A DNA stretch of 64,000 nt from Raillietiella orientalis (taxonomy: Eukaryota). Positions 34,521 through 46,620 of the stretch are shown here, in pieces. The stretch lies in assembly GCA_036172245.1 (NCBI GenBank), contig JAYWIR010000011.1, positions 4,340,001-4,404,000 on the forward strand, written 5' to 3'. Positions within the stretch are counted from its first letter, which is position 1; each line of letters begins with the position of its first letter. The translations under genes and the position numbers were made by a program. The notes under the pieces were generated by a model that was not told the DNA's origin, did not search any database, and worked only from the letters and a program-made list of their open reading frames with translations.

Positions 34521-37500
34521 CCATTGGCGCCCGATCGATACGCGAAAGCAAATGGCGGACCTCCTTTGCCTGATGTCGGACTCAGTGCAGTTCCAACCTC
34601 AGGGTGCCTATTGGAGAACGAAATGGGGGGGGGAGTAGAAAACGAATAAGTAAATAGGGAAAGGGGGAGGGGCGCAGAAGCCCCTCGATACCAATGTGTT
34701 TCTCATTCGCCTGAGCCGTGGCGTTTCATTTTTTATGTGTTTTTTTTTATTTATCCATTTATTTCTATTTCTTTTTTTTCCTTACTGTGAACAGAGGAAC
34801 AGAGGAACTTGTGGGCCGGGAAGCGGTTCCCTGCTGGGAACGCGCCCGCTAGAGAAGGGGAGAGATGCGCTGTCGGACGCACGGCTGCTCCTAAAGGGGA
34901 GGTCTGGAATGGCAAAGGAGAGGAGGCAGTAAGCAGACAGTAAAAGGAACCAACAGAGGGAGAGAGGAAAAACAGAAATGAATAATGGGGAGCGGAAGAA
35001 AGGGTCTCTGGGTCTCAGTCCATCTGGCCGCAGTCCCTGCACGATGCTGGCGATCCTTCTTCGCTGTTCCATTCGGATGAGACCGCCTTGCTGCTTCCCT
35101 CAGCTTGTCCTTCCTCCTCATTTTCTCCCTTTCTACTCCTCCTTCTCCACAGGGGTCCACAAAAAGCCATTGAAAAGGCGGGAAAAAAAGAGTGGGGGCT
35201 CCCGCCGCTGTGACCGTCGACAGTCCAACCCGAGAAGAGAAGTTCTCACATAAGTGATGTGATAGGGAAGTGGGAGAGAGAGGGTTCCATGCCAACCCGA
35301 ACGACGAAGGGCATCGCGACGCAGGAACAGATGAGACGCGGATGCGATCGCCCTGCCTCCTGGTGCAGCTTCGGGGAGACTTTCCCCTCCCTTCTCCTCC
35401 TCCTCCCGCGTCATGTGATGGCAGCGGCGGCTGCTCGGAGGACGGTCTCTGGTGACTTCTGCTGCAAGCAGGAAAGGGGGACGGGTCCTCCCGGCGATGG
35501 AGTCCATGCGCCCTTGAGCTCGGAGTGGCCTCACCGTCCGCGCCTGGGAAGTGAGGGTGCCAACGCGTCCGCAAGGATAGCGAAGGGTCAGGGGACAGGG
35601 TTGTTTGAAGGCTTCAAACCTGACCTGGCCACCAATGACGGAATGAGTCCTTCGGAGCCCACGAGGGCCCCCCTGAACGCACCCGTGGAAGGGGTGAGTG
35701 GGTCCCAGGAATGATAGCAGCCTCTCTGCTAGCGATCAGCGCAGGGGTGCGACCCGCCCACCATCCTGCAGAGCCTCTTGTGAGCTGCCTCGTCGCTTGC
35801 TCTTCTTCACTGATGAGATCACCATCACAGGATAGGCTCCTGGGCCTCCTGCTTCAGGAGATCAGGCCCATCCCAAGCTTCGACTCGCCTTCATGACCCC
35901 TTACCCTACGGCCGACGGAAGGAAAGAACCCGTATCCCAGCTTGACCACCTGCCTGCTACGCGCATCCTCACGCGCAGCTCCCTCACCGGCGGGAAAAGA
36001 GGTCTCATGGCTACGAGGCAGTGCGAGGTCCGAGCAGTATGGAGGAATAGGTGGAGAAGGAGAAGGAAGGAAGGAAGGAGGAGAAAGAGAGGAGGAGGAG
36101 GAAGCAACATCATCATCCTCATCGGATGATTCGTGCGTCTCCCGCGAAGGCTGGGACCATAGCAGCCCAAGAAATCACGAGGCGCTCTTTGGAGTCTGCC
36201 CCCTCACCGCCATCCACGGCCACCAGTCGGGCCCTCTGATCCCGTGGGGCAGGTAGGCAGCCGCAGGAAGTGTCCAACTACTAGTCATCATCTGCCCCGA
36301 GGCGACTTGTAGCCTGGCAGCCCAGCGCGCGACCCCACGTGCTGCGCGAAGGACGCCGCTCCGTTGGCTCTTCTTCGGGTGGTTGGCAGCAGCCTCCGCT
36401 CATGCGGAGGAAGACGAAACGGTGGTGGGGGCAGCATGGGCGGCATTTCGCTGCGGCCAATCGCCAGGGAGGAACCCGTCGGCGCGGGTGACCCCGGCGT
36501 CTCTTCCCGGGATTCTGTCGGCGGAGGCAGCTTCCGTGGGCGGGCGGAGCGGTGCGAGCTCGCGGCGGAAGGAGGGAGAGAAAGCGAATCCAGCCGCTAA
36601 GAGACGGAGCGCGTCTCCATGACGCCTTCGCTGCGGCGGAGGGATTCCCTCCCGACGCAAGAGCGACGAGTCACGGCTCTCCCTGCCTCGCCGTTATCAA
36701 GGCAGGTGTGGGAGCGGGAAGAGGTCGTGCCTTATCTTCCCACTCCCCTCCTCCCCCCCAGGCGATGTTTGGTCAGGTGCTGAGCAAGCAAGCGCGACGC
36801 ATGGTGGGGCCCACGGGTGCTGCCCCGCCGCGGCGGGCCACTGGGTTTCGCATCTCGGGACAGGCGGCGAGCGGGACCGGGACGCGCCCAACGACCAGGA
36901 CCACGAACACCGAGTCGTCGACCCATGGCTTTCTCCCTTCCTGAGGCGGATGAGAGAAGAGAGCCCCGCGAGTCCCTGTCCGGAAGCCATTGCCCTCGCT
37001 TTCGCGGTGCTCCAGTCGAGATCAGGGGAGCCTCTGGAAGACGGAGTTTCTGGAGGAGGTCTCTGAGCAGTTTCAGCCCTCGGGTACGCGCATCCGAACG
37101 AACGAGGGCGGAACCTGGAAATGCGGAGGGGTGGGAGGGGAGGGGAGGGCTTAGTGGATGGGAATCACAGGTGCCTCGGAGAGCGTGGCGCGGCGATCGG
37201 TCCAGGCAGCTTCGTGGGCTCTCGTCCGTCACTATCCTGCGCTGGAGTCCCGTCTGGAGAGGGCGGGGAGATGAGCACTTGGGATCGCTGGGCCGAGAGC
37301 TCTCTCGATCCGGCAAGATGGCGGCTGCGGTTGCGTGGAAACGGGGGGCGGGTCGCATCTTTGTCTCTCTCCGAGCCCAGGAGCGTCCGAACCTCCAGGC
37401 AAAACGCGGGTGTGGGCACGTGGAGCCCTCAGGAAAGGCGAGATGGCAGCCGCGCCGTCGCATCTCTCTCTGGCCCAGGTCTCCCGAGAGACGCCCGGAG

Positions 37501-38259
37501 ATGGCGGAGGGAAGGGAGACGGGAAGGAGGTCACGGAGGATGCCGCTGCCGCCGGTGGTGCAATCCGAGAGCGCTCACAGCATCCAGGCGAGCGAAAAGA
37601 GGCGCGGCCGATTGGAACGGCGACTCCGCAGCGAGCAGAACGGTAGCTATGGCAGTGGACGAGGTCAGGAGGGGTGGATACGCAGGAGTAGACTGTCGGT
37701 GAGAAGGAAGACGCGGCAAGGAGCTCGAAAGGGCTGCTTCGCTCGACAGGACCCCCCCGTCTCCTCCTCCGCGCGCTCCTCTTCCCCACGAAAGAACCAG
37801 CCTCGCCCCGCATCCATCCGGAACCGCACCCTCACCTCAGTGCCCTCCTCACCCGGAGGTCACCCATTGAACAAGACCGCTACCGGAAACTCCTTATTCT
37901 CCTCATTCGATCTCTCTTCATGCTCCCGACGAGTGGGCAGGAGGAGAGGACTCTGGCATCCCCTTTCCCCATCGTGCACTCTGGAAGAGGATGTTCGCCC
38001 GGTCACGCCAGGAGCGTTCGTCATGAGGAACACACGGGAGAGGGAAAGGTCAGCCTTCCGTGGTGGATGATGGCCATCGCCGTTGGCAGTGAGGTGCCTG
38101 GGGTCGCGCGCCTATCCTTCCAGCACAGACGGGGGTCCCCATTTCTGACAGCGCGAGGGCATCGTCTTCCCCCTCTCCAGAGTGCGCCCGCCGGCTGCTC
38201 CGAGGAGGACTAGCTAGAGAGGTGGGAGTCTCCTTTCCGGAGATTCCCGCGGCAAACTC

Positions 38260-38920
38260 CGCTCGCGGCTGCGGCGTCCTCCGCGCGCGCGGCACCACCG
38301 AACGTCGCGGATTCGAATCCCGCCCAGAGGAGGAAGCGTTGACTTCGAGGACACGGGATGCGTCGTCGTGGGTTTCGAATGCCCTCCGGCAGAATGGCGC
38401 TGGTTGGCCCCGGGTGGCTTCGGATGCGGCGGAATTGGTAGGAGTCCGACGCTCCCGTTGACTGGCCGGGATTGGAAGTCGGCCCTCCGGGTCCTTCCAG
38501 GACATCAAAGAGCCCTTCAAGGTTTCCCTTCGCTCGGAAAAGGGAGCCATCCCCCTCCCCTCGGAGGGGAACCCTCCTTCTAGTGCCATGGACCCGGTTT
38601 GACGTCCCCCTCGGGGAGTTGCCTCTCCAGAGCGTTAAGAAGCGTGACGCTGCCTTCGGGGAGTGACCCTTTACGGTTCTCTGCAGAGGAGGAAGAAACC
38701 AGGAGCAGATCCTTTCTGGGGGATCTCTCTGGAGAAGAAAATGAGGAGTGATCCCCCCCTGGAAGGTTCCTTCGGAGAGAATAAGGGTGAGTTTCCCTAC
38801 GGGTTCCCCTCTTAAGCTTGAGAGGAGAGGACTCCCCACCCCCTTTAACCCTTTCCTAGACCCATAGGGTGGTCCCCTTCAAGGGTGACTTCCCTGTAAC
38901 TTGAAGAGTCTCACGCAACC
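38260..38920 (+). mobile_element. SINE-like element, copy C (near full length)
   Basis: B-box ggattcgaatcccgccc. Body blocks ttgactggccggggattggaa, gggtccttccagga, cctctccagag, ctctggagaagaaaatgaggag. Tail catagggtggtcccc..ctgtaacttgaagag. Confidence 0.78.
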
Positions 38921-39769
38921 TCGGGTGGAAGAAAAGAAAAAAAACATGAAAGGAAAGCCGAGGAGCCTAACGGAGTTCCCATTGAAGGAAAAGAAAAAAA
39001 AACTCCGCTCCTCAGAGCTCCCTCAGCGAGAGGGGTTGCTGCTCGACGTGGAGTTTGCATTTTCATCGAATGGATCGGCGGACCCTGGACGAGTCCGAGC
39101 ACATCTGGCAGCAGACATTCGGGGCGCTGGGAGTTGGACCGCCGGCCACCATCGTTGGTTTCCCCCACTAGAGAGGGCGGGCGGAGCAAGTGAACGGAGG
39201 CTGGAAACGCGCGTGGTGCAGCGTGAGTGAAGGGATGAGGGACCGAGCCCATGTCCTCCGTGGCTCCGCGCCTGCGCCTGAACATGCGCGTTTTGGGCGC
39301 ACGCGCGAACCTTCGGGGGATCCGATGCGCGAACGGCACCCGCGCGACCACCCAGACTCAGGAACCGCCGAAGAGTCCCGGCGCCTGCAGCGCGCGCGTG
39401 CACCACATGGCGTTCGGGAGATATCCTGACCAGGTCTTCCCTCATCCCTTCGAGAGAGCGAGCCCTCACGAAGAGCAAGGAGTCGTCATTGAGAGGAATG
39501 CCTGAAAGGAAGAGAGGCGGACGAAAAAGAGGTCAGGAGGAAGGAGGTCACGGTGTCGGCCGCACAGTCCCACTTTGAGCTTCGCGTCTTTGATGGGAGA
39601 GGTGCGCGCGCTCTCGCGACGGAAGTGCGCGTGGCCACCCTTCTGTCTCTTCCTGCTCCGACGAGTAGGGAGAGAGGACGCTGGGAACCCACCTCCATCG
39701 TGCACTTTGAGGACTCCTCCTCCTCCTTATCTCCTCCTTAACGAAAGGAAATGAAAAGAAAGTTCATGG

Positions 39770-40245
39770 AACAAAACCTTAGAAAAAAAAAAGCTGGAGG
39801 GCCGGGAAGGGGTCACAGCCCGCTGGAGGGCGTCCTCGGTAGGACTTCCCAGGGTGCCGGCTAGCCCCGGTCTTGCTTGACATCGAGGTGGGCCCGTCTG
39901 GCTGCCACCCTCCGCGGAAAGCGGAAGTGCACGCTCGATGACGTCCCTCTCGTGCGGTCCTCCTTCCGCGTCGCTCCAGGCAGCCAGGATCCTGCGGGTA
40001 GCGGCAGGGCATCTCTCACGAATAGGAGTCCTGAAACGTCCCTCGGGTTACCAACCGGGATCCTTAGGGTCGTGCCAAAACTTTTCTTCAGGGAAAGGAG
40101 CAGGAACGAGAGGGAGCATTCCCGTTCCCCGCTCCTGCGGCAGTCCGGGATCTCCCCCCCTCCCCGAGTCCACTGGTGTCGGCGGGCGTCGCAGGGAGGA
40201 CCCCAGTGCAACATCAGAGGAAATGTCGACCCCTGTCACTTGAAA
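39770..40245 (-). mobile_element. 3' end fragment of an L1/Tx1-like LINE
   Basis: TTLRIPVGNPRDVSGLLFVRDAL matches 60310-60850. Shared nucleotide blocks accccagtgcaacatcag and cctgtcacttga, plus a T-rich tail. Confidence 0.6.
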
Positions 40246-40249
40246 GGGG

Positions 40250-40825
40250 GTGCGACTATCCGAGAACATCCAGAGGGAGGAGTCCGCTCCTCCCACGCCT
40301 GGGAGGGGACCCCGAAGGTTCCTCATTCTCTCCAGAGGGACCTCCATGGAGGTCACTCCTCATTTCTTCTCCGAAGGCAACCCTGAAAGAACACGCTCCC
40401 TGTTTCCTCCTCCTCTGAAGAGAACCCCGAAGGGACGCTTCCTCATCGAAGGGCCCTCCCGGAAAGGAGCAGCGCGCTTCTTATACTCCGGAGAGGCAGC
40501 GGTACCCCATCCGAGGGAGGGCATCAACCTGCTCGTGACAGTCGACGGCTCCATTTGCACAACCGGAGCGGGAAGCTCTGAAGAGCTCCTCGATGTCCTG
40601 GAAAGACCCCGAAAGGTCGAATTCCAATGCCGACCAGGCAACAAGGGCATCCAGTCTCCACCGGTGCCCACCTAAGTAGGCCAATCAGCGTCATCCTGCG
40701 GGAGAAGACTCGAAACCCACGATGCTTCCCCCCATTTCTCGGAGTCATTCCTCCCCGGGCAGGATTCGAACCTGAGACGCCTGGTGCCTGTCAGGATGTA
40801 GCAGCCGCGCGGCCACCAACGCGGG
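40250..40825 (-). mobile_element. SINE-like element, copy D
   Basis: The reverse complement has an A-box-like tggccgcgcgg and B-box ggttcgaatcctgccc, then the shared body. It abuts the LINE fragment. Confidence 0.75.
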
Positions 40826-42017
40826 CCGGACGAATGGAAAAGCGACGATGTCCTCGCGGTCGCTGACCTGACTTAACCTCGGATCACAGGGAGAGGAAAA
40901 CCCGAACGATCTCCGGAGAAATGGGGATGGATGCTGTTCCGAGTTCCCATCGTCCACCCCCCTCTACGGGTGTTTTGTGAACCGAGCGGTATCCACGGGG
41001 GGATGGGGAGGAGATGCTCGTACGAGATATAGAACACGTGAGGGTGACCTTGGATTCAAGGTCGCCTCCTGTGGTCGGTGTGTTCCTCCTCCCCCGCCTC
41101 CCACGAGTTCCGGTCGCTGCAAAGGCCACGTCCCACACTCGAAGAAAGTCCGTGCCTCCCCTTCCCCCTCCATTCGCCCCCCGATGCGTTCCCTTCCCGC
41201 GCAGCCCGAGAGGAGTTTTCGAATCCACCGCGAGGCGAAAACCGAGAGCCGGTGCGCTGCCTCAGACGCTTGGACGCCGCCCGTCAGGGAACCCGCAAGG
41301 GCGCCAAGCAACAGAGTGCCGCCATCGGAACGAAATCCGGAGGCCTCGCCAGTGGATGCTAAGTGGAGCACGCTGATGGAGTGCTGCAAGTCTTTTCCAG
41401 CTCCTCCCCTGAGCAGCCCGGGTAGAAGTGCCGGTTCTTCTCGTCACGGCCGATCCCAACAGAGGAGGGGGTGGAAAGGAGGATGAAATCGAGGAAAAGT
41501 CGACCCCTCAAATGCCTAGAGGACGGAGAGGAATCTAGGAGTAGGGACGGGGAGAGGAGAAAGCATCCAGAACATGACTCTCGCACGACATGCTCCCGGC
41601 GTTCCTTTCCCCTCGGATGCAGCGGGCTCGAGTGACCCCGCGAGGATGCTGTAGAACACGTCCCAGAAGCTGCCTCGCTGTCCACCTCCTGGTGCTTCCT
41701 TTCCCTCCGCGGCCCATGCGGCCAGCTGGCTCCGGGAAGCTTCCGCGCTGGACGGGGAGGAAGGGACTGGCGGTGTTGCCTGCTGCTCTGGGATCAGGGC
41801 AGGGCACTCCCGGGAACCGAGGGGAGCTTTTCCGGTAGTGAGAGAGAAAAATCCGGGAAGGTCACCTGGAGCCGCACAGGTCTCCAGGCTTTCCCGACCC
41901 CGTCTTTGCGGCCCATGCCGTTTTAGGAAAACAGGGAAGAGGTGAGCGCTCGTCGACGGCGGCTATTCTTACGCCCACCATCTCCCGGCTGCCTGTCGGG
42001 ACAGCCGGTTGGGAGCG

Positions 42018-42470
42018 TCACCAACCTTCTCTGTCGAGGAGCCGCGCGCTGGGAGCGCAGGGTCGCCCACCGACTTCAAGCTCCTCTCCGGTGACGGGAG
42101 GCGGCTTCCGGGCATCCTGCTGTAGGAAGGTTCCGAATCCCGTTTGTGCGTGCTCCTTCGCCTCACCTGTCTCTCGGAACGTCCTCGAGCATACGAGCGC
42201 CTCCAGCGATGAGTGGAACCGCTGGAAGCCTTCAAATGCGAGTCCCTGAGTGTCAAAGACTCTAGAGTCCACGAGGTCTCTGCACTCCCAAATCTCAGCT
42301 CTGGCTTGTCCCCGAATCTCCTCCTCCCTTCGTCTCTCCCTCCTCGAGAGCCTTAGGGAGGTGCTGTAGGGATAGGCTGGGGTTCTGGGTGTCGGATACA
42401 TCTTAGTAGGACGCTCGTATCGAGCCCGGTTCCGAGGAGACAGGGAGATGCAGCAGGAGCTGTGGCTGCT
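42018..42470 (-). mobile_element. Decayed repeat, probably L1/Tx1 ORF2 linker; partly duplicated at 47695-47820
   Basis: EEEIRGQARAEIW and FQRFHSSL..FLQQ resemble the Tx1 linker. The block ggtgctg.aggg..aggc...ggttctgggt.tcggat...aggacgctcgtatcgagccc..ccgagg.ga.agggagat.cagcagga recurs at 47708-47813. Confidence 0.45.
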
Positions 42471-43824
42471 TCCTGTTCGGAGTGCAGAGAGAGAGTTGGG
42501 AGGAAGGGAGAGATCAGTTGGGCAGTTGCTGCCTCCACTGATCTCCGAACGCAGCAACTCGGAAGAAAGGAACGCCTCTCCTAGGTGCGTAGACATCAGA
42601 GAGCTCCAGGAACCACCCACTCTCCCTCCTCTCCGAACTTCGCCTCTTCTCCTCCATTTCCGGTAGGCGGTGTGCCGTCTCCAGCAGCTCTCATCTCGTG
42701 CTCAGCGGCTCCCGAGTGAGGGAGAAGCGGGCCGCGTCCACTTGAGGAGGGAGCCACGCGCCTCGTAGCGGTCCAGCGCACGGGCCGTTCCAATCTGTCC
42801 GTCTCTCCATTGCAGGAGCCGCTTCCAAGGTGAGAAGCTGCTCTCACGGGAGGAGCTGGAACGACGATGCACGTGAACTCGCAGAGTGGAAGCGTGTGAA
42901 ACGGACGGCGGGGACGATCCGTTTTCGTCAGACCGGCAGGCTCCTTCGGGAACCCGGTGATCGCAGGAGTGATCCTGAAATCATTGGCTCGGGAATCTTC
43001 CTCCCACGGAAAGGAAAAAGAAGAAGTGAAGAAAAAATCGTAACGAGCACATAAACACCCCTGGCATCGGAAGGGTCTCGCCGCCTCGGCGCATGCGAGA
43101 AGCAGCGCGCCTCGCGTGTGTACGGAGTCCACCCGTTGAAGAGAGGAGATCGCAGGCGAGGGAGCTTCGAGAAGGACGGGTCCAAGGACCGGCCTTCCAT
43201 CGCGTCGAAAGAGCGAAGGGGCAAAAAAAAAAGAACAGCTGGAGAGTTCGCTGCGGATGCCTCGGAAAGAGCAGAGGATTCTAAAAGCAGAAGGGCGCGT
43301 CTGAACCATGATGCGCTCGCCTGCAGAGAAAGGAGGAGGAAACCCTTCGACCTTCGTACGCTCGCCAGTCGTCACCGCCTGCGACAGCAGTCGGAATCGT
43401 CCAGCCAGGCACGGATGAGGAGGAGGTCCGGCAGACGAAGGGGAAGGAGAGAAGCGAGGTCCGTCCTGACGACATTCTTGAGCTTGGAAGGCGAGGGAGA
43501 AGGCGGTTGCGAAACTCCAGAACCGCGAAGGATGGGAGGCAGGCAAGAGATGCTGCGTGAGTACGGCCAGATGCGTGCGCGCCGCTGCCCTTTCTGTTGC
43601 TCTAAGAACAGCTCCCGGTTCTTTGTGCGGAAAGGACCGGGAGCGACATCTCTGGAAGTGAAGATGAACGAGGCGTGCCGCAGCTCAGCACGGCCACGGA
43701 ACCTACCCCTCTCCCTCCACCTTTCTTTCCTCCTCCTCCCTTTTACGATGAGCGGAAGCGGATGCTCGTGAGAGAAGTCCCCTGTTGGGGACCCCGATAC
43801 GTGGCGCTCGGAGCCCTCTTCGGG

Positions 43825-44645
43825 GGCCTTGTGGTTAAGGCTTCCGCGCGTGGCACCATGCGTCGCGGGTTCGAATACTCCGTCAGAAACTGACGCCACT
43901 GCGTTGTTGGGTGCCGAGTTTCTCCTGCAAGATGGCGCTGGTCGGCCGAGACATTCAGGCGTGGCACCGGTGGTCGTTTAAGCCGGAGGCCCCCGACGAA
44001 GGCCGGAACAATGGGAGTAGACCTTCGGGTTTTTGCAGGAATCAAGCAGTGGGGAGTTCCCCCTCCGGTCGTACAACGGAGAGCGGACCCCCCTCAGCGG
44101 GAGAACCCTTCCGGTTTCAACAACATGGAGCAAGGAGCCCTCACGGGTACCTCTCCTAGTTGTTCGATGGAGCCGACCCTCCCTGTTGCGGGAGGGGCCT
44201 CCGAGTCGTCGCCTCTTCACAGAGTGTGCACAAGGAAGCAAGCGAGAGCGATTCCCTGAGGGAAGCTGCAGCGCCCCTTCTGAGTTTCGGAAGTGTCCCT
44301 TCGGGGCTCTCTTCAGAGGAGTGAACAGGAGCGGTTCCCTTGCGGGTTCCCTCCGGAGAAGAAATTCCTACTAGCGGATCCTTTCCGGGTTCCCTTCGGA
44401 GAAGATGAAATGGAGAACACCACCCCCCTTCCGGAGGGTCCCTCCGGAGAGAATAAGGAAGGGGAGATTCCCTTCGGGGTTCCCCTTCGGAGACAACCAG
44501 GGTGGGTGGCGCTATCCCCCCATCCGGGGAGATCCCTCCCTGAGCGTGAGAGGAGCAGACTCCAAGTTCTTCCTGGATTCACATGGCGGTCCCCCATCCC
44601 AGGGTGCCACCTGTCCTGAAGAATTACACTCAAGAATTTCACGAC
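43825..44645 (+). mobile_element. SINE-like element, copy E (clearest tRNA head, expanded internal subrepeats)
   Basis: ggccttgtggttaagg (A box/D-loop) followed by gggttcgaatac (B box). Several ttcccttcgg(g/a)g subrepeats. Tail ttcctggattcac..ggtcccc..actcaagaat. Confidence 0.75.
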
Positions 44646-46399
44646 CCCCTGCGGATTGCCGCAGGCGGAGTGGCGTGGAAACAAAACAGTGTGTTTAAAA
44701 GGGTCGCGTGCGCCGCGAGGCACGCGACCGGCTCTGAGGTACTTCGCGAACCAAAAAAAAGAAGAAAAAAAAGGAAACTCGAAGCCACGTGCACCTTCGC
44801 TGCTGTTCTGAAGCGCACTTTTGCAGGTGGCTCAGCAAAGCGCCTTCGTTCTTTCTCACGGATCCCCCGAGCAACTCTTCGAGGAATTCTGCTTCTGTGA
44901 CTTGCTTACCACCCGCGGTGCAACAGTCATCGAGGGCCCATCGCTCGCTTCCTCTTTCCCTCGCCTCGTTGCTCCTGACGCAACTCACCACTTCCGCGAC
45001 CAAGCCTCCTCGGCGAGATGCACCGCGGGTGCATCCGGACTCGGGACAGGATGCCATCCCGTGCGTGAGCTCGAGAGGCGGTCAAAGGTGCTGGAAGCAG
45101 CATTGGAAGAGAAGCGTCCGGGAGTGCCGATCTTGCCAGACTTCGGAGTTCGGACTTGCGGCACAGCTCGACGTCGGGCGCAGGCAAGAAGGAAGAGAGG
45201 AGACGAGTGAACTCCGTTCCAGGAAGACCGGAAGGAGGCGCGAAAGAAGCGAGCGTTCTTCTCAAGGAGAGATGACCTTTGTAAGCGGATGAGGAGAGAC
45301 GCGGATCCGCGAGGCACCTCGTGCTTCCGTAGTGGGAATTCCCGACACGCACGCACTCGCGGGCCGTTCCGCATGCGCAGATGACGCCTCCCTCGAAGGA
45401 ATCGCCCGCGAGAGCTGCCGTAAGAGTGCGTTGGCAGCGTAAGCAGCCGCGAGCGTTCAGTGCGCTCCATTACAGGAGAGTCTCCCATTCCAAGGCGAAG
45501 ATGCAACAAGAAGAGCGCCCTGAGGCACGGAAATGATGTCACAGAAGGGCGCATCCACTGTTGCCTTCTTCTTCTCCCTCCTCTTCTCCTAACTTCCTAC
45601 GCCTTCTCCTCCCTTCCCTTCCTCCTCCTACCCTTTCTTCTCTTCTTTTTCCTTCCTCTTTCCTCCTCCCTTTCGTGTTCTTTCTCTCTCACTCATCCTT
45701 GGCGTCACGTCTTGCGTCACTGCCAACCAACCCTCAGATGTGTCTGCACGTGTGCTGTGGTGCGGAGGAAGGTGCGCAGAGAGAATGCGATGGAGGGGGA
45801 GGGAAGGAGGGGTAGACGCGTATCCTGAAGGCGCTTTTTCACAGCAGGCGCGAGGAAAAGAACGAGGGAAGACCCCGCGCCCGCTGCCAGCCCGCCTCCT
45901 CGCGCTCCATGGGAGACGGCAGGGGCGGCGGGGAAGGAAAACGTGGCAGCATCACCTCGCACTCCCAGGACTTTCGGGATGGAGAGAGCGGGAGTCGGAG
46001 AGGTGCCGGAGGGGAAGGTGGGGAGGTGAATGTGAGGGAAGGGGGGGGGGGAAGGAGGAAAGGCAAAAGAAAACAGAAAACTCTAGAAGGTAAACAGGAA
46101 GCTATCTCCTTGGCTACGGCTCCGCGAGATTCCTCTCTTGACTGCACCGCAGCCGCCGCCGCTGCCGCCTCCGCCTCCGGAATTTCCGCGCGCGCGTGGG
46201 CGGTCGGGCGTCTTCCGGACCGCCTGCTGCTGTCGCCTGCCAAACTGGTGCGTCAGTGCGCTTCCCCACGGAACCTCCTCCTCCCTCTGTTCTTCCCCCT
46301 TCTCCTGGAGGAACCTCTGTAGTAGCCGCCCCGTGAGCTTTGGCTCGGGGAGGCGAGGAAAGGATGGAAGGAGGCCCATGGGCCTACGAGAACCTCCAG

Positions 46400-46620
46400 G
46401 AGAAAAGAACCCAATCGACGAGAAGAGGGTGGGGTGGGGAAAGCAATCGGAAGGATTGCTTTCCCTATTTCACCCTCTCCTTGTCGTTGGGGTGCGCGCT
46501 CTCTCATCCTGGAAGAGGCGGACTCGAGGACCACGCCCTGCTCCGTCGCTGGTCGTCCACCTCCGGGGCCGCTGGAAGTCAACAGGGGAGCCTCTCAGCA
46601 GGGAAGGGGCAAGCGGAGAA
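46400..46620 (+). mobile_element. Possible decayed L1/Tx1 endonuclease C-terminal fragment
   Basis: Across frames and in order: GRIAF, LEDHALL, RGRWKSTGEPL (cf. SRIDY..SDH..G.WK.N.SLL). Confidence 0.3.

Noticed and set aside
35901..36125. Signal-peptide-like - ORF ending at a gtaagg donor, as a candidate first protease exon
   Set aside because: Its hydrophobicity comes from a CT-rich tract, and the phase-2 donor does not fit the phase-1 acceptor at 27362 without further unseen exons.
43825..43895. Functional tRNA gene
   Set aside because: A/B boxes are present but there is no intact acceptor or anticodon stem and no T-run terminator. The sequence continues into the SINE body.
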